From: the human T2T-CHM13v2.0 reference genome, Homo sapiens
DNA: 64,000 bases
Assembly: GCF_009914755.1 (NCBI RefSeq)
Contig: NC_060926.1
Reading direction: 5' to 3' (one strand)
The notes below the pieces were generated by a model, which was not told the origin of the DNA, did not search any database, and was given only the letters and a program-made list of their open reading frames with translations. Shown here in pieces: positions 42,800 to 58,699 of the stretch. The position numbers were made by a program, and so were the translations under genes. Positions within the stretch are counted from its first letter, which is position 1. Each line of letters opens with the position of its first letter.

Positions 42800-43350
42800 G
42801 ACCACACCTCAACCACCCTGACAGTAGGATCAGAAGCCTGTGTCTGGGGCTAGAGATCCTCACATGCAGAACAGAGGTTATTGGCAAGTAGGTGAAAAGA
42901 AAACAGTAGGAATCAATGATATCAGGAGGAGAGTAAAACAGATAAGAAAGGGGCCCAGGACTGAGCTCTGCTGGGGGCATCAACAAATAGAGGAAAAGCT
43001 AAAAAAGGAAATTCCAGCAAAGGAGGTGGAGAAGGAGTAACCAGTGAGGTGGGACAAAACCAGAGAGGGTGCCACCAGCGTTTCCACACGAAGAGTGTTA
43101 CAAAAATAAGGAAGTGGGCAGGCACATCGAACGAGCTGAAAGGCCAAGCATGAGGTGGACAGAGAAGTGACCATTACATCTGGCCTTTTGGAGGGCATGG
43201 TGACCTCTGCAGGAACAGAGGCATGATGAAACCTGAAGCCCCATTAGGTGAGGTGGAAAAGAGAATGAGAAAGTAGAGACTGCAAATTTGGACAACTTTC
43301 AAGAAGTTTGTTTGTAAAGGGAGTAAAAATTTGAGCCAGTGGCTGGATAG
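42800..43350 (-). mobile_element. L2 fragment
   Basis: Purine-rich antisense L2 (GCCCAGGACTGAGCTCTG; GTAGAGACTGCAAATTTGGACAACTTTCAAGAAGTTTG). Confidence 0.7.
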
Positions 43351-43359
43351 GAATGTCCA

Positions 43360-45430
<2,071 letters not shown>

Positions 45431-45439
45431 GTACTTTAT

Positions 45440-46325
45440 TTTTTAAATAGACTTTATTATTTAGAGCAGTTTTAGGTTCAGAACAAAATTGAGTGGAAAG
45501 TACAGTGTTCCTATATACCCTCTCCCATGCCCTACCCCCAGCTCACAGCAGCCTCTCTTACTCCAGGATTCTATGCCAGCATGGTACATTTCTTACAACT
45601 GATGAATCTACATTGACACAACATTATCATTCAAAGTCCATAGTTTACACTAGAGTTCACTCTTGGTGTTTCACATGCTATGCATAATGACAACATATCC
45701 ATGATTATAGCATCATACAGAATAGTTTCAGTGTCCTAAAAATCCTCTGTGCCCAGACAATTCATCTCTCCCTCCTCCCTAATTCCTGGCAACCACTGAT
45801 CTTTTTACTGTCTCCCTAATTTTGCCTTTTCCAGAATGCTATATAGTTGAAATCATATAATATGAAGGCTTTTCAGATTTGCTTCTTTCTCTTAGTAATA
45901 TACATTTAAATTTCCTTCATGTCTTCTCATGGCTTGATAGCTCATCTCATTTTAGCTCTGAATAATATTTCATTTTCAGGATGTACCACAGTTATTTATT
46001 TATTTACCTACTGAAGGACATCTTGGTGGCTTTCAAGTCTTGGCAATTATGAATAAAACTGCTACAAACATCAGTGGCAGGTTTTTGAGTGGATATAAGC
46101 TTTCAACTCATTTGGGTAAATACCAATGAGTATAATTGCTGTATCTTACGATAAAAGCATATGTAGTTTTGTAAATTGCCACACTGTCTTCTAAGGTGAC
46201 AATGCCATTTTGCATTTCCACGAGCGATAAATGAGAGTTTCTGTTGCTCCATATCCTCACCAGCACTTGGTGGTGTTGGTGCTTTAGATTTTAGCCATTT
46301 TAATATGTGTGTAGTGGTACTCATT
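45440..46325 (-). mobile_element. L1MC-type 3' fragment
   Basis: CTACATTGACACAACATTATCATTCAAAGTCCATAGTTTACACTAG. Confidence 0.8.
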
Positions 46326-48675
46326 CATAATTCTTTTCTTGGTGTTTTGTATGTGGAAGATTAGATTTTTCAGACTTTAAGTGTCATTGCTATTTTTCAT
46401 GTGCCAGAGAACTAGGATTTTGAGATGGCCTAATGCTATACGGTGAGGCATTAATTGTCTTGGTAATATGGATGATGGTTTGCCCCTTGGCTTGGACAGT
46501 GAAAACAAAATTCCTTATAGAAATTTATTCTCTTTCTTGATGCCTATGAGCCTTCAGCTTTCACAGATTCACCCAAGAAAACATTCGGGAGAACTGAGTT
46601 GCTCTGGGGAGCAACTGAAAGAAATTTATAGTGTTTTACTAATCAGAATTTGTATTCTAAGAGTCAGACAGCTAGTTCAAGTAATTTTCCAGAAATAGAA
46701 GGAGAAAGGCACAGGGGAAAGGCAAAAAGATATTTGGGTAGTTTGCTTATCTTGATTTTCACTAACTCTTGGTGGTTTAAGACTACTACTTCACTTACGC
46801 TTCTTAGTGCTTCAGCACATAGTCCATGATCTGCCTTTGATATCACATACCTTGTGAACCTGTTTGTCAAATCAATTAATGTTTACAATCCCATCACCAA
46901 TTCAGGATTCCAAAAGGAACTTCTCATATTGTTGCTATAAATTAAAGAGAGCATGAACACTACAGAACTGAGATCTTTTATTACATTCCCCAAAATATCA
47001 AACACAAACCATGGAATTAACTTTAGTATCAGAAATAGCATATTCATTGATCAATTCAGTGAGCATCAACTGCCTCCTTCCCAAGAAGCAGGAATTCTAC
47101 TTTGGCTTCTTAAACTTAGTGTGTGGCAACGGAGCCCTTTGATACCTACATCTATTGATCATGCCTTCAGTTACTAAAAAAATTACGTGATCAAAATTCA
47201 TTGAGTATGGGTTAAAGGCATCTTGCACATTGAAATTCAAAAGCAGATTCTTTCTACAAACCAGTTATTTACTGAGATCCTTGAGCTATTAGTGTCAAAG
47301 TGAAATAGAGTGGTCAGCAGTTATCTAGTAAATTCTTGATAAGTAAATTAAGCCATTCCTAGGCAATAAAATATCTGTTCTTGTTAATGGCAGCTTTGCT
47401 TCTTTTTATCCCAGAACAGTCTGATGTTTAGTAGCCCCAGTTATTATACATGTGCTCAGACAGAAATTTTCAAATTGTCAATTATTTGGTGAACTACTAA
47501 CATGAATGTTTAAAATATTATGCTTCTTTCTACCTCTAATCATTTATTTATTCAATAAACATTTAGTAAGTTTTAGCTGTTTTCCAGGCTCTACACCAAG
47601 CCCTGGGGATAGCGAGAGGAGCAAAACTTAGCTCCTGCACTCAAGTTCACAGATATTCATAAATCATTATAGCAAGTGACACATACCATAACAGAATTGT
47701 CCTATGGAAACTCAAAGAGAAGATGACAGATAAGTACAGAAGGACGAAGAGGAGTGTGCTGGGCTGAGTCTGGAGAAAGGACACTCCCGTCGGAGGAGGT
47801 GCACCTGCAAAGACAGGAAGTTGTTAACACAGAAAGAACAGAGGAGGTGATATCCCGAGCCACGCCATGAGTATAGAAGAATGATGTGGGAAAAGAGGCT
47901 GGGCAGGCCAGTGAAGGCATCCTAGGAGCGGTACAGCATGCCAAGGAGTTTGGACCTCCTTCTGCAAACAGTGGAAAGCCACTGGGAGATTTTAAGCAGG
48001 ACATACTCAGATTTATGCTTACAGATTCCTCTGGAAACAGTTGGGGGCATGGGCTGGAAGGGATAAGACTTGGGGCAAAGAAACAAGTCAGGAATTTATA
48101 CAATTATCCAGGCAAGAAATGATGATGATGGCATATTTTTTAGCCATAAAAAGAAACAAACTACTGGTGCATGTTACAACATTTGAGGATGAACCTCAAA
48201 AATGTTATGCTAAATGAAAGAATCGAATCACAAAAGACCAAATATTGTATGATGCCTTTTGTGTGAAACATCTAGAATTAGCAAATCTATAGAGACAGAA
48301 AGTTGATTAGTGGTTGCTTAGCACTGACAGCCAGAGGAATTGAAAGAATGGCTAAGGGATATGGAGCCTCCTTCTGGGGTCATGAAAATATTCTAGAATT
48401 GATGATGGTTATAGATGCACAACTCTGTGAAAATACTAAAAACCATTGAACTGTACACTTTAAAAAGATGAAATGTTATGAATGTGAATTGTATCTCAAT
48501 TTAAAAAATTTATAAGAAAAAAAGAAAAGAAACGATGAGACCAGAACAAGAGAGGTAAAAACACTCTGATTCTGACCTGCAGATCTGTGTGGCTGGGGCT
48601 GCCACAGATCAGGACGGGGAATTCAGAAGGATGATAGCTCCTTCCCGGACATTTTGTTTGAAGTGCCTGCAAAAT

Positions 48676-49072
48676 TGTACTAGTCAGCTTGGTCTGCAGT
48701 AGCAAAACACCATAGACTGAGTGGCTTAAAGCACAGGAATTTATTTCTCATGATTCTGGAGGCTGGGAAGTCCAAGATCAAGGTGCCTGCAGATTCAGTT
48801 CCTGGTGAGGGTCCCCTTCCTGGCTTGCAGATGGCTGTCTTCTCACTGTGTGGCTATAAACAGGAGTTCATAGAGGGGAAGGGATGGAGAAAGAACTCTG
48901 ATGTCTCTCTCTTTCATCTTATGAGGACACTAATCCCATCATGGGGCTCTATCCTCATGACCTCATCTGAACCTAATTACCTCCCAAAGGCCCATCTAAA
49001 AATATCATCACAGTGGGAGTTAGGGCTTCAACGTATTAATTTCGAGGGGACACAAACGTAAAGTCCATAACA
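48676..49072 (-). mobile_element. MLT1A-like MaLR solo LTR
   Basis: TTCTGGAGGCTGGGAAGTCCAAGATCAAGGTGCC...; ends AGTCCATAACA. Confidence 0.88.
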
Positions 49073-49135
49073 GAGGTATCATAAACCTAAGTCCATAACA
49101 CAGGTATTATAAACATAAGTCCATAACAGAGGTAT
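49061..49135. repeat. 28-bp tandem repeat, about 2.7 copies
   Basis: AAGTCCATAACA(G/C)AGGTAT starts at 49061, 49089 and 49117. Confidence 0.92.
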
Positions 49136-50284
49136 GAAGATGGTGATCATTAATAGCTAGGGGAACTTACAAGAGGGTCCAGAGATAAGGATTAGAAAGA
49201 ATTTAACATATACTTAGTTCTCAAAACAATGGAAGTGAATAAAACAAACTAAGGAGGGCCCATGGAGTGAGAAGAGGACTGGGGCTAGACCGCTAGGGAA
49301 AGTCATTGCAGACAGAAGAAGAGGTGGCCTTGAAAAGGGGTGAAATGAAGCTGTTAGAAAGCAAAGAGGTAAATAAATACCCCAAAACCCACCAAGTCCA
49401 GTCACCTCCTGAGCTCAGTGTTTTAAAATACATACTTGGGAGCATCTCTAAACACAATTTTGCTAAATCAGGGGATTTGGTATTCAAGTAGGCCCATCCT
49501 GGTCTGCGTAAGATTGCCATTGCACTGTGACCAGACTCCTAGCTGGACGCTGACCACAGGTTTCTGGGCTTTCATGAAATGGAGTGTATTCCTGCCTTTG
49601 TTCACCTGTCACGTAGCTGGGAACTTCACTCTCTATTCACTGCGCAGTTTTCATTTTCACTGTCCTACTAAGGAAGTGGTTATGTTTGGCTTTCATCATA
49701 ATTAGAGTTCATTTAGTTCAAGTGCTTTGTAATTAATCTTTTATGCTAATTAATCTTTTTATACATTAATATATCACAAAACTCATGAAAGCAAAACATT
49801 TTCCTTACTAGCAAATTAAATTAAGCTTCTTCAGCCTATAAGCAAAGCAGAAGGAAAAAGATCTAGACACATCAGGCCACAGAAAACCTCCTTTTGCTTA
49901 AAAAAAAAAAAAATTGACTCTCGGGTCTACATTAAAATTAGCACTTGGAAAATAGGAAAAATAAAATCACCCAAGCCGTTCAGTTACCTAGTTTTCTCAG
50001 CAAGGTGTCCGTTCTCAACTAGCCTGTGGCTTGAAAAAAAACAAAGGAAGGGAGATTTTTCAATAGTCATTTTTATATCTAGTCAGGATTTCTTTAACTG
50101 ATTTTTAAGTGTGAAGTTATGGAGCAAAAGCAAACACTGCCAAAGCAGATGCTCCAGCTTATGTCGTTTATTATTACCTTGCAAGCAATAAACAGGCCTT
50201 ACAGGCAAGTCCTGCTTCATGATTTCAAAACATGTCTTTTGCATATTTTATCTGTCCTGATCCTCTCAGCAACCTGGGGCTGAG

Positions 50285-50620
50285 GCAGCGTAGCCAGGGG
50301 ACAGGCCACTTGCATTCAAATCCTGACTTCATTTTCCTAGCTGTGTGTTGCCGGCCTTGTCACTTTATCTCTCTGTCTACATTTTCTCATTTCCAACATG
50401 ACTACTACTCATTAGAGTTGTTTGAGAATTAAATGAATTCATAGATGCAGATGTTTAGAACTGTACCTGGCATACAGCAAATGCTCAGTAAACATGATTA
50501 ATATCATAGTTATTGTGATTATCATTGTTTTCTGAAGCCAGAGACACAGAAAGACAAAATTACTCAAGTAACATGTAGTAGAATTTGCACTCCTGTCTCA
50601 TCTATTAGGAGTTCCAGATG
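50285..50620. mobile_element. Two MIR fragments in opposite orientation
   Basis: MIR core and tail on + to ~50515; antisense core at ~50530-50620. Confidence 0.7.
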
Positions 50621-51943
50621 CTTTCCACTCTGCCAATGACAACTGGGGTTCTGGGGCACAACCCAGCACCTTAGAGGATACAACCGAAAGGACAATAGGT
50701 CATGCTCAACCAACAGGGTGCTCTGTGACCAAGGTGCTGGAAAAGCCCCTCCCACACTCCTACCCCAGGTAAGAGCCAAGCTCAGGGTTTCTGGCTTACA
50801 GTCCCTCTTGGCTGGGCAAACTGCAGCTCGCGGATGCAGCCTATCGACTATGCTGTCTATCTGTATTATGACTAGACACAGCATAACACGTCTCTGGTTT
50901 TCTATTTAGGATACATTCCTAGAAGGGGAATTATTGGGTCAAACTGTTTTTCATCTCATGGTACAGCTTGCCAAATTATTTTCTGAAAAGATTGTAGCAA
51001 TTTTTACCGCTTGTTATGAGTAATACATGAGAATGTTGATCTTCGTCCTTACTAGTATTGAATTTTTTAAAAAATCTGTGTCAAATCAATGAGCTGAAAA
51101 TAAATGCTTTAACGTCATCTTAATTTATACTTCCTGAGTGTCCCCATAGGTTAAATGATTTTTTCCACATTTGTTGCCCACTTAAAGTGTGTGAGTGTGT
51201 GTGTGTGTGTGTGTGTATTGTTCATATCACTGGCCTATATTTTTCTATTTGGTGATGCTTTTGAAGTTTTCTTACTGCTTTTAAATATTTTTATAGTTTA
51301 AAAATATTAACAATTTGCCATGCTTATTACAAATATGTGCTCCCATTTGATCATTTGCTTTATAACTCTTTCATAGTGTATGTGTCCATTGTTTTTCTAA
51401 AACCATGTTATAGTTTTAATGCTAATGTCGTTAAATCTACTAATCTTTTCCTTTGTGATTTCTTCCATGGCTTTTATGCAATTTCAGTCACGTCTGCTCT
51501 CAGATTTTGCCCTTCCAAACAGAAGTTCTGGGCATTGTACTGCTGGTGGGAACCCATAGAGCCAGCCTCCCGTGGCATCACTCCCACCACTCTGGCCACC
51601 CCTGCCCAGATGCCTATGTCACCTACACTCACCTTTCCAAATGGTGAGAAAGAAATGCCATTTCTTTCTACTTTAAAACAAAAGTATTATGACAAACATG
51701 TTGATCTATGTGACCCAGGCTGTGTGCAGGCATTCTTGGGAGCCTTTCTGTAAAGAGACCCGGTCCCTTTTTCTCTGTCATTTAAAAGGCACTATGAGCC
51801 CTTCATTTATGCATGAGGCAGGGAATTTGGTTTACCTCCAGATACATCACACTGTGTTGCTCTCCATCAAGATCTGGCTTCTGTTTGCTTCTCATTCACT
51901 TAGATTTATCAGCCAGAGTAGTTGGATGTCATGAGAAACTTTA

Positions 51944-52131
<188 letters not shown>

Positions 52132-52278
52132 AGTCTGGTTCCTGAATACTCTAATCTCTAGAATGAGTTATATAATGATTATTATTAATGATATTTTGCA
52201 TAGCTATTTATGGATCATAGGGTATTTTATCAAGATTGCATGGGCTAATCTTTATCAAGATTGCATTGGCTAATATCA

Positions 52279-52507
52279 GCATTGGCTAATATTTATAACA
52301 CAATGTTGAATAGTAGCAGATAGAGTGATTATCCTTGTTGAATTTCTGATGTTAGTGGAAATGCCTCTAGAGTTTTCCCATTAAGTAAGATGATGGATTT
52401 TAGGACTAAGGCATAAATACTTTATTACGTTAAAGTACCCATCATTTCTTATTTTCTTGAACGTTTTCAATAAGGAAGCAATCTAAATCCATAAAGAAGG
52501 CATGGGA
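52279..52507. repeat. ~230-bp dispersed direct repeat, copy 1 (copy 2 at 55381-55679)
   Basis: GCA(T/C)TGGCTAATATTT...GAAGGCATGGGA aligns end to end between the copies. Confidence 0.95.
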
Positions 52508-53000
52508 AGCCTTTTATCAAGATTATCTAATTTGATACTCCAAATCAAAAGGCAAGTTAATTTTTTCATTTTACAAATGAAGAAACTGAGTGTTCAAGTG
52601 ACTTGTTGGAGGCTAAAGAGCCAAAAACCATGAATACAGCCATGACACAGATCTAATATCATATTTAATAAAACATGTTTCTTATTTCTAATCCAATTTT
52701 CCATTCATGACACCATCTTTTTTGGTTTTAAAAATTTGTCTTTTTATATTGAAATAATTTCAAATTTACCAAAAATGTTGTAAAATTAATACAAAGAATT
52801 TCTGTACACTCTTCATCCGCTTCCCAAATATTAATATTTCCATGTAACTACAATGCAATTAACAAAACAGAAAATTAGCACTGATTCACGACCATTATCT
52901 GGTCTACAGACCTCATTTAAATTTCATCAATTTCCCACTAATGTCCTTTTTCTGGTTCAAGGTCAAATCTAAGATCACATGTTGCATCTAATTGTCATAT

Positions 53001-54388
53001 TGAGAGGTGACAGCGTGCTGGCAGTCCTCACAGCCCTCCCTCTCTCTCTGTGCCTCCTAGGCCTGGGCTCCCACTTTGGCGGCACTTGAGGAGCCCTTCA
53101 GCCCACCGCTGCACTGTGGGAGCCCCTTTCTGGGCTGGCCAAGGCCAGAGCCGGCTCCCTCAGCTTGCAGGGAGGTGTGGAGGGAGAGGCGCGAGCGGGA
53201 ACTAGGGCTGCGCGCGGCGCTTGCGGGCCAGCTGGAGTTCCGGGTGGGCGTGGGCTTGGCGGGCCCCGCACTCCGAGCAGCCGGCTGGCCCTGCCGGCCC
53301 CGGGCAATGAGGGGCTTAGCACCCGGGCTAGCGGCTGTGGAGGGTGTACTGGGTCCCCCAGCAGTGCCAGCCCACCGGCGCTGCGCTCGATTTCTCACCG
53401 GGCCTTAGCTGCCTTCCCGCTGGGCAGGGCTCGGGACCTGCAGCCTGCCATGCCTGAGCCCCCCATGCCCTCCATGGGCTCCTTGCGGCCGGAGCCTCCC
53501 CGACGAGCGCCACCCCCTGCTCCACGGTGCCCAGTCCCATCAACCACCCAAGGGCTAAGGAGTGCAGGCACACGGCGAGGGACTGGCAGGCAGCTCCCTC
53601 TGCAGCCCCGGTGCGGGATCCACTGGGTGAAGCCAGCTGGGCTCCTGAGTCTGGTGGGGACGTGGAGAACCTTTACGTCTAGCTCAGGGATTGTAAATAC
53701 ACCAATCAGCACACTGTGTCTAGCTCAGGGTTTGTGAATGCACCAATCGACACTCTGTATCTAGCTACTCTGGTGGGGCCTTGGAGAACCTTTGTGTCCA
53801 CACTCTGTATCTAGCTAATCTGGTGGGGACGTGGAGAACCTTTGTGTCTAGCTCAGGGATTGTAAACGCACCAATCAGCACCCTGTCAAACCTGACCACT
53901 CGGCTCTACCAATCAGCAGGATGTGGGTGGGGCCAGATAAGAGAATAAAAGCAGGCTGCCTGAGCCAGCAGTGGCAACCCGCTTGGGTCGCCTTCCACAC
54001 TGTGGAAGCTTTGTTCTTTCAGTCTTTGCAATAAATCTTGCTACTGCTCACTCTTTGGGTCCACGCTACTTTTATGAGCGATAACACTCACTGCGAAGAT
54101 CTGCAGCTTCACTCCTGAAGCCAGCGAGACCACAAGCCCACAGGGAGGAACGAACAACTCCAGACACGCTGCCTTAAGAGCTGTAACACTCACCGCAAAG
54201 GTCTGCAGCTTCACTCCTGAGCCAGCGAGACCACGAACCCACCAGAAGGAAGAAACTCCGAACACATCTGAACATGAGAAGGAACAAACTCCAGATGCGC
54301 CACCTTAAGAGCTATAACACTCACCGCGAGGGTCCACGGCTTCATTCTTGAAGTCAGTGAGACCAAGAACCCACCAATTCCGGACACA
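53001..54388 (+). mobile_element. LTR12C solo LTR (ERV9)
   Basis: TGAGAGGTGACAGCGTGCTGG ... CCACCAATTCCGGACACA; 4-bp TSD ATAT; CpG-rich U3; U3 and U5 tandem repeats. Confidence 0.95.
53700..53975 (+). promoter_or_regulatory. LTR12C enhancer/promoter core
   Basis: CCAAT boxes at 53702, 53743, 53871 and 53909; GT-box GTGGGTGGGG; AGATAAG at 53935; TATA-like AATAAAA at 53944. Confidence 0.8.
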
Positions 54389-55404
54389 ATATCTCCTTAG
54401 TCTTCTCTAATCTGTAATAATCCACTGGTCTTTGTCTTTCATGACTTGGACATTCTTGAAAAGTACTAGCCAGATAAGGTAGAGACTTTCTCCATTTGTG
54501 TTTGTCGGGTGTTTCCTCATAATTAAAGTCGCTTATGTATTTTTGGCAAGAACACCACAGAAATGATGTTGTATTCTTCTCCCTGCATATAAGGAGGCAC
54601 ATGATGTCAATTTGTCTAATTACTCACAATGTCAATTGTGATCACTTGGTTTCTCCAGGTTTCTCCACTGTAAAGACACTATTTTTCCGTATTTAGTTAA
54701 CAAATATCTTTTAGGGGAGATACTTTGAGACTAATAAATGTCCTGTTCCTTATCATCTTTTTACCCACTACTTTGTTGTTTGCCAAACAATAGTTTTCTA
54801 TTTCTATTATTCTCTCTTCTACCATTATTATTTCTTTCATTATTCTTTATTCCAACTAATATTTATTTATTAATTGCAATTCTTTTGTAATGAAGTTATT
54901 CCTTCTCCCTATTTATTTATTTATTTGTGTCAGTATAGACCCATAAAATATTATCTTATTGTGTTGTAATTCACTGATATCATTATTTACTTTGTTCAAA
55001 TTGTCCCAGATTTGGCTGAGGGCTGCTTCAGGTTAGCTCCTGTTTCCTTTTGGCATTACCATTATCTTTTGAGCATTTCCTGCTTTTTGGCTCCAAAATG
55101 TTCCAGGCACACTTGTAATTTCCCATCCCCAGTTCTAGAATCAGCTATTTTTCAAGGAGCTCTGATTCTATGTATCAAAGAATATTAGAAACCAAGCTCT
55201 TAATACTGTGTGTGCTCATTGGTAGTAATGTTTCATTGATTCTAGGCCTTTTCAATAAGCAGAACTAAGAGACACACACACACACACACACACACACCTA
55301 TTTACATATCTGTAAATAGAGATAACGTTATTCCTTCTTTACTAATTATTTTTCCTTTAATGGATTTTTCTTGTCAAGTTGCACTGGCTAATATTTTTAA
55401 CACA

Positions 55405-55544
55405 ATGTTGAATAGTAGCAGATAGAGTGGTTATCCTTGCTGAATTCCTGATGTTAGTGGAAATGCCTCTAGAGATGTTGAATAGTAGTAGATAGAGTGG
55501 TTATCCTTGTTGAATTCCTGATGTTAGTGGAAATGCCTCTAGAG
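55405..55544. repeat. 70-bp tandem duplication inside repeat copy 2
   Basis: ATGTTGAATAGTAG...GGAAATGCCTCTAGAG starts at 55405 and 55475. Confidence 0.95.
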
Positions 55545-56261
55545 TTTTCCCATTAAGTAAGATGATGGATTTTATGACTAAGGCATATATACTTTATTAT
55601 GTTAAAGTACCCATCATTTCTTATTTTCTTGAATGTTTTTAATAAAGAGGCAATCTAAATTTATAAGGAAGGCATGGGAGAAAAGACACAATGGCAAAAA
55701 TGCACACTGATAAAATATGCCAATATATTAATTGTGAAAACCCTTTTGAAAAATAATATTAGCAATAACAATCTAATTTTGTGTTTTAAAAAGGTAACAC
55801 TAAAATTATTAACAAAAGGACAAGTTGCAGAGAACCTAGTTAAAGTGGCCTAAGATTCTTTTCAAGTTTAAGAGAAGAGTAAAAATAATAAATAACTTTA
55901 AACTTCAAAAAATTACAGTTGCATATATAGATTAAAATTTAAAAGGTAGACACTAAAAGTTTAGAAATACAATCTGTAGATTACAAAAACAGCATTGCAG
56001 GTAGGGAGAGGAGGAAACATAGAAAACTTCACTAATCTAGCAGAAACAGAAGAAGAAAATAAAGATAGAGTAAATAAAAAATACAAATAAGGTACATAAA
56101 TGCAACCAACTGTATCAGTAATCATAATAAAAATAAATAGACTAAATTTACCCAATAAAATGCAGAGATTGACAAACAATTTTTTTTATAAATCCTGTTG
56201 AATGTTATTTACAAGATATACAACTAAAATGTAAGGATACAGAAAGGTTGAAAGGGGAGAG

Positions 56262-56665
56262 ATGGTGGGGTAAGTTGAACTATTCATCCTAATTCTTCAT
56301 TCCCTCTTCGTTCACACTCTTACCATAGCTTCTTTATGGGCAGCCTAGTTCCCCACCCCTTGACTTTGGGCTTGGTCATGGAACTTACTTTGGCCAGTGA
56401 AATGGACCAGAAATAATACTATGCCAATTCTAAGACTAGGCCTTATGAAACCTCACATATTTTCCATTGCCCCCTTGCGACTTTGCCATTGCCATGAGAT
56501 CTCCTGTATAGCTGCTGTCCCAGCAGCATGGACAACAAAATAAACACATGTAGAGCAGAGGTTCCCTAGCCAACCCATAGACATATAATGGGAAGCAGAG
56601 TCGCACAGCACAGAACAGCTTAGATCAGCAGAGCCCCAGCTGACCAGTGTTCTGTGAACCAATCT
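56262..56665 (+). mobile_element. MLT1-family LTR
   Basis: CCCCACCCCTTGACTTTGGGCTTGGTCATGGAACTTACTTTGGCCA. Confidence 0.75.
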
Positions 56666-58389
56666 TTTATTTTAGCCTTCATGTGCTTATTTGGCATAAT
56701 AGGGAGATATAAGGCCTATAATCTCCTGCCCACCATTTTGAGCCCTCGTTTTTGTATAAGGCACTTTTGTATTTTTCTAATCTGCCAGACCAGCAACGCT
56801 CTGTAGTGTAGGATCTACAGGATAGCTTCCAGCTCCCAGTATCATCCTTTAGATCTTTTAATCTCTTTTATATTCTTACAATCACAGTGACTTACCCACA
56901 TTCATTTTTTGTTAGTTTGGCCTAGAATATTGTAGGTATTGTCTAATACTTGATACAGTGGTTCCAGCTCATTTCTTTCAAGGAAGCATTTGGGAGTAGT
57001 GATCTTTCTGACATCCTTTTGTAAAAAAATAGCCTAAAGAAAATGAATTCTACAGGTTCATCATTTGCTCTTCTCAGAGCCTACCTTTTACCTAGTAATC
57101 AAGGACTCCTGTCTAATAATCATGTTTTTCTCCCTGACATATTCTTAAGAAACTCTTCATTCTAGTTTTGGAGGCTTTTTTTACATTGCTCAGCAAAATC
57201 TCTTTTGATGGTGATAGTGTACATTTAACAAAAACAAATTACACTGGCAAATTTCCCATTCACATTGAAACTACACCAAACATGTATACTTAGCAGTCAT
57301 ATTCAGCAGTGTCCAGGAAACTGAAATAACAACTGATGGATGCTTGCAGTAAACATCTGCCAAAGTGCAGGGAGAAAACAGTCTCAAAACTGTTGTAGAA
57401 GCGTTCAAGGCAAATCACATTTCTATGAAATATTGATGCAGCATCAAAGATGATGTTGCCTTAGACATTTAAGTGAGCTTGTGTTATGAAAGGTGTAACT
57501 CTTGTGTTTTATACCTGCACACAGTAAAAGTATCAGGAGTGTCTGAAAAGACTATCTCATTACTTAGACTCTTAAATTGCCACACTGAATTTTTAAAAGT
57601 CACATAAAAGAATGGATTTGTGATATGAAGAATGCATTGATTTCTCCACATTCTGTCTCCAGAATGAAGAAAAAAATGAGGCAGTATACTAAAGAGTCAT
57701 CAAATTCAATGTCTATGACAATAATAAAAACTTTTAATAGAGAATGTTCTAAAAGAGATTCGAGTTTTTGTGCTGGATACAATACAAGACTGGGATACTA
57801 AGTTTACGTGGTGATAAACAGTTATTTAAGAAAGAACTGATGCATTCAAGCAACCATAGGTGATTTAAAAGTAAAACAGAATTTTAAGTAGTAATAGCAG
57901 GAAAAAGTGAACATCACAATTCTTGTTCTCAACTTGAAATAACATAGTTCAGTTTATGCCAAGTAGCAAGCTCAAGGCCACTCACCAGGAAGTTGTGATC
58001 TTGTTTTACTTTAAAAAGAGAAAAGATTTCCCCAAGGCCACCACCTCGATTGATTTTGTTGTAAGTGTTTTTGTTGCTGCCAGACGTCTGGGATGGAGGG
58101 TTGATTCCACTCCTGGCACCATCACTAGTGGTCCATGCAAGGCCCCAGGACTTTTGCCTTAATGTTTTTTATTCCATTTTATCCCAATTCTCCATTCCTA
58201 TCCTATTTTCCCATAGGCAGCCATTCTAATGTATTTTCAATCATTTTTTAGTTAATACTTATTGTATGCCCTATTATATGTTGGCTTCAACGGCTAGGAA
58301 TGCATCACTGATCAAAGCAGATAAAAACTCCTGCCTTCCTGGATCCTATTTTCTAGAGGGGGACGCTCGATTTAAAAATCAAGTAGTAG

Positions 58390-58699
<310 letters not shown>

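Larger units (their letters stand above)
47540..49370 (-). mobile_element. L2 interrupted by L1MB (48135-48530, +) and MLT1A
   Basis: L2 tail TTTATTCAATAAACATTTAG; L2 motifs resume after each insert. Confidence 0.72.
52730..55330 (-). mobile_element. L1MC4/5-like 3' fragment, split by LTR12C
   Basis: GATCACATGTTGCATCTAATTGTCATAT | CTCCTTAGTCTTCTCTAATCTG is continuous across the LTR. Confidence 0.78.

Noticed and set aside
51337-51753. 138-aa + strand ORF
   Set aside because: Non-ATG start, begins in a decayed antisense L1 fragment, no recognisable domain.
53057-53737. Overlapping long ORFs (up to 190 aa) on both strands
   Set aside because: They lie in the GC-rich LTR12C U3, where stop codons are scarce; no recognisable protein family.
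58115-58136. Possible CTCF site (CACCATCACTAGTGGTCCA), and another near 22571
   Set aside because: Mismatches at core motif positions; not supportable without a PWM scan or ChIP data.
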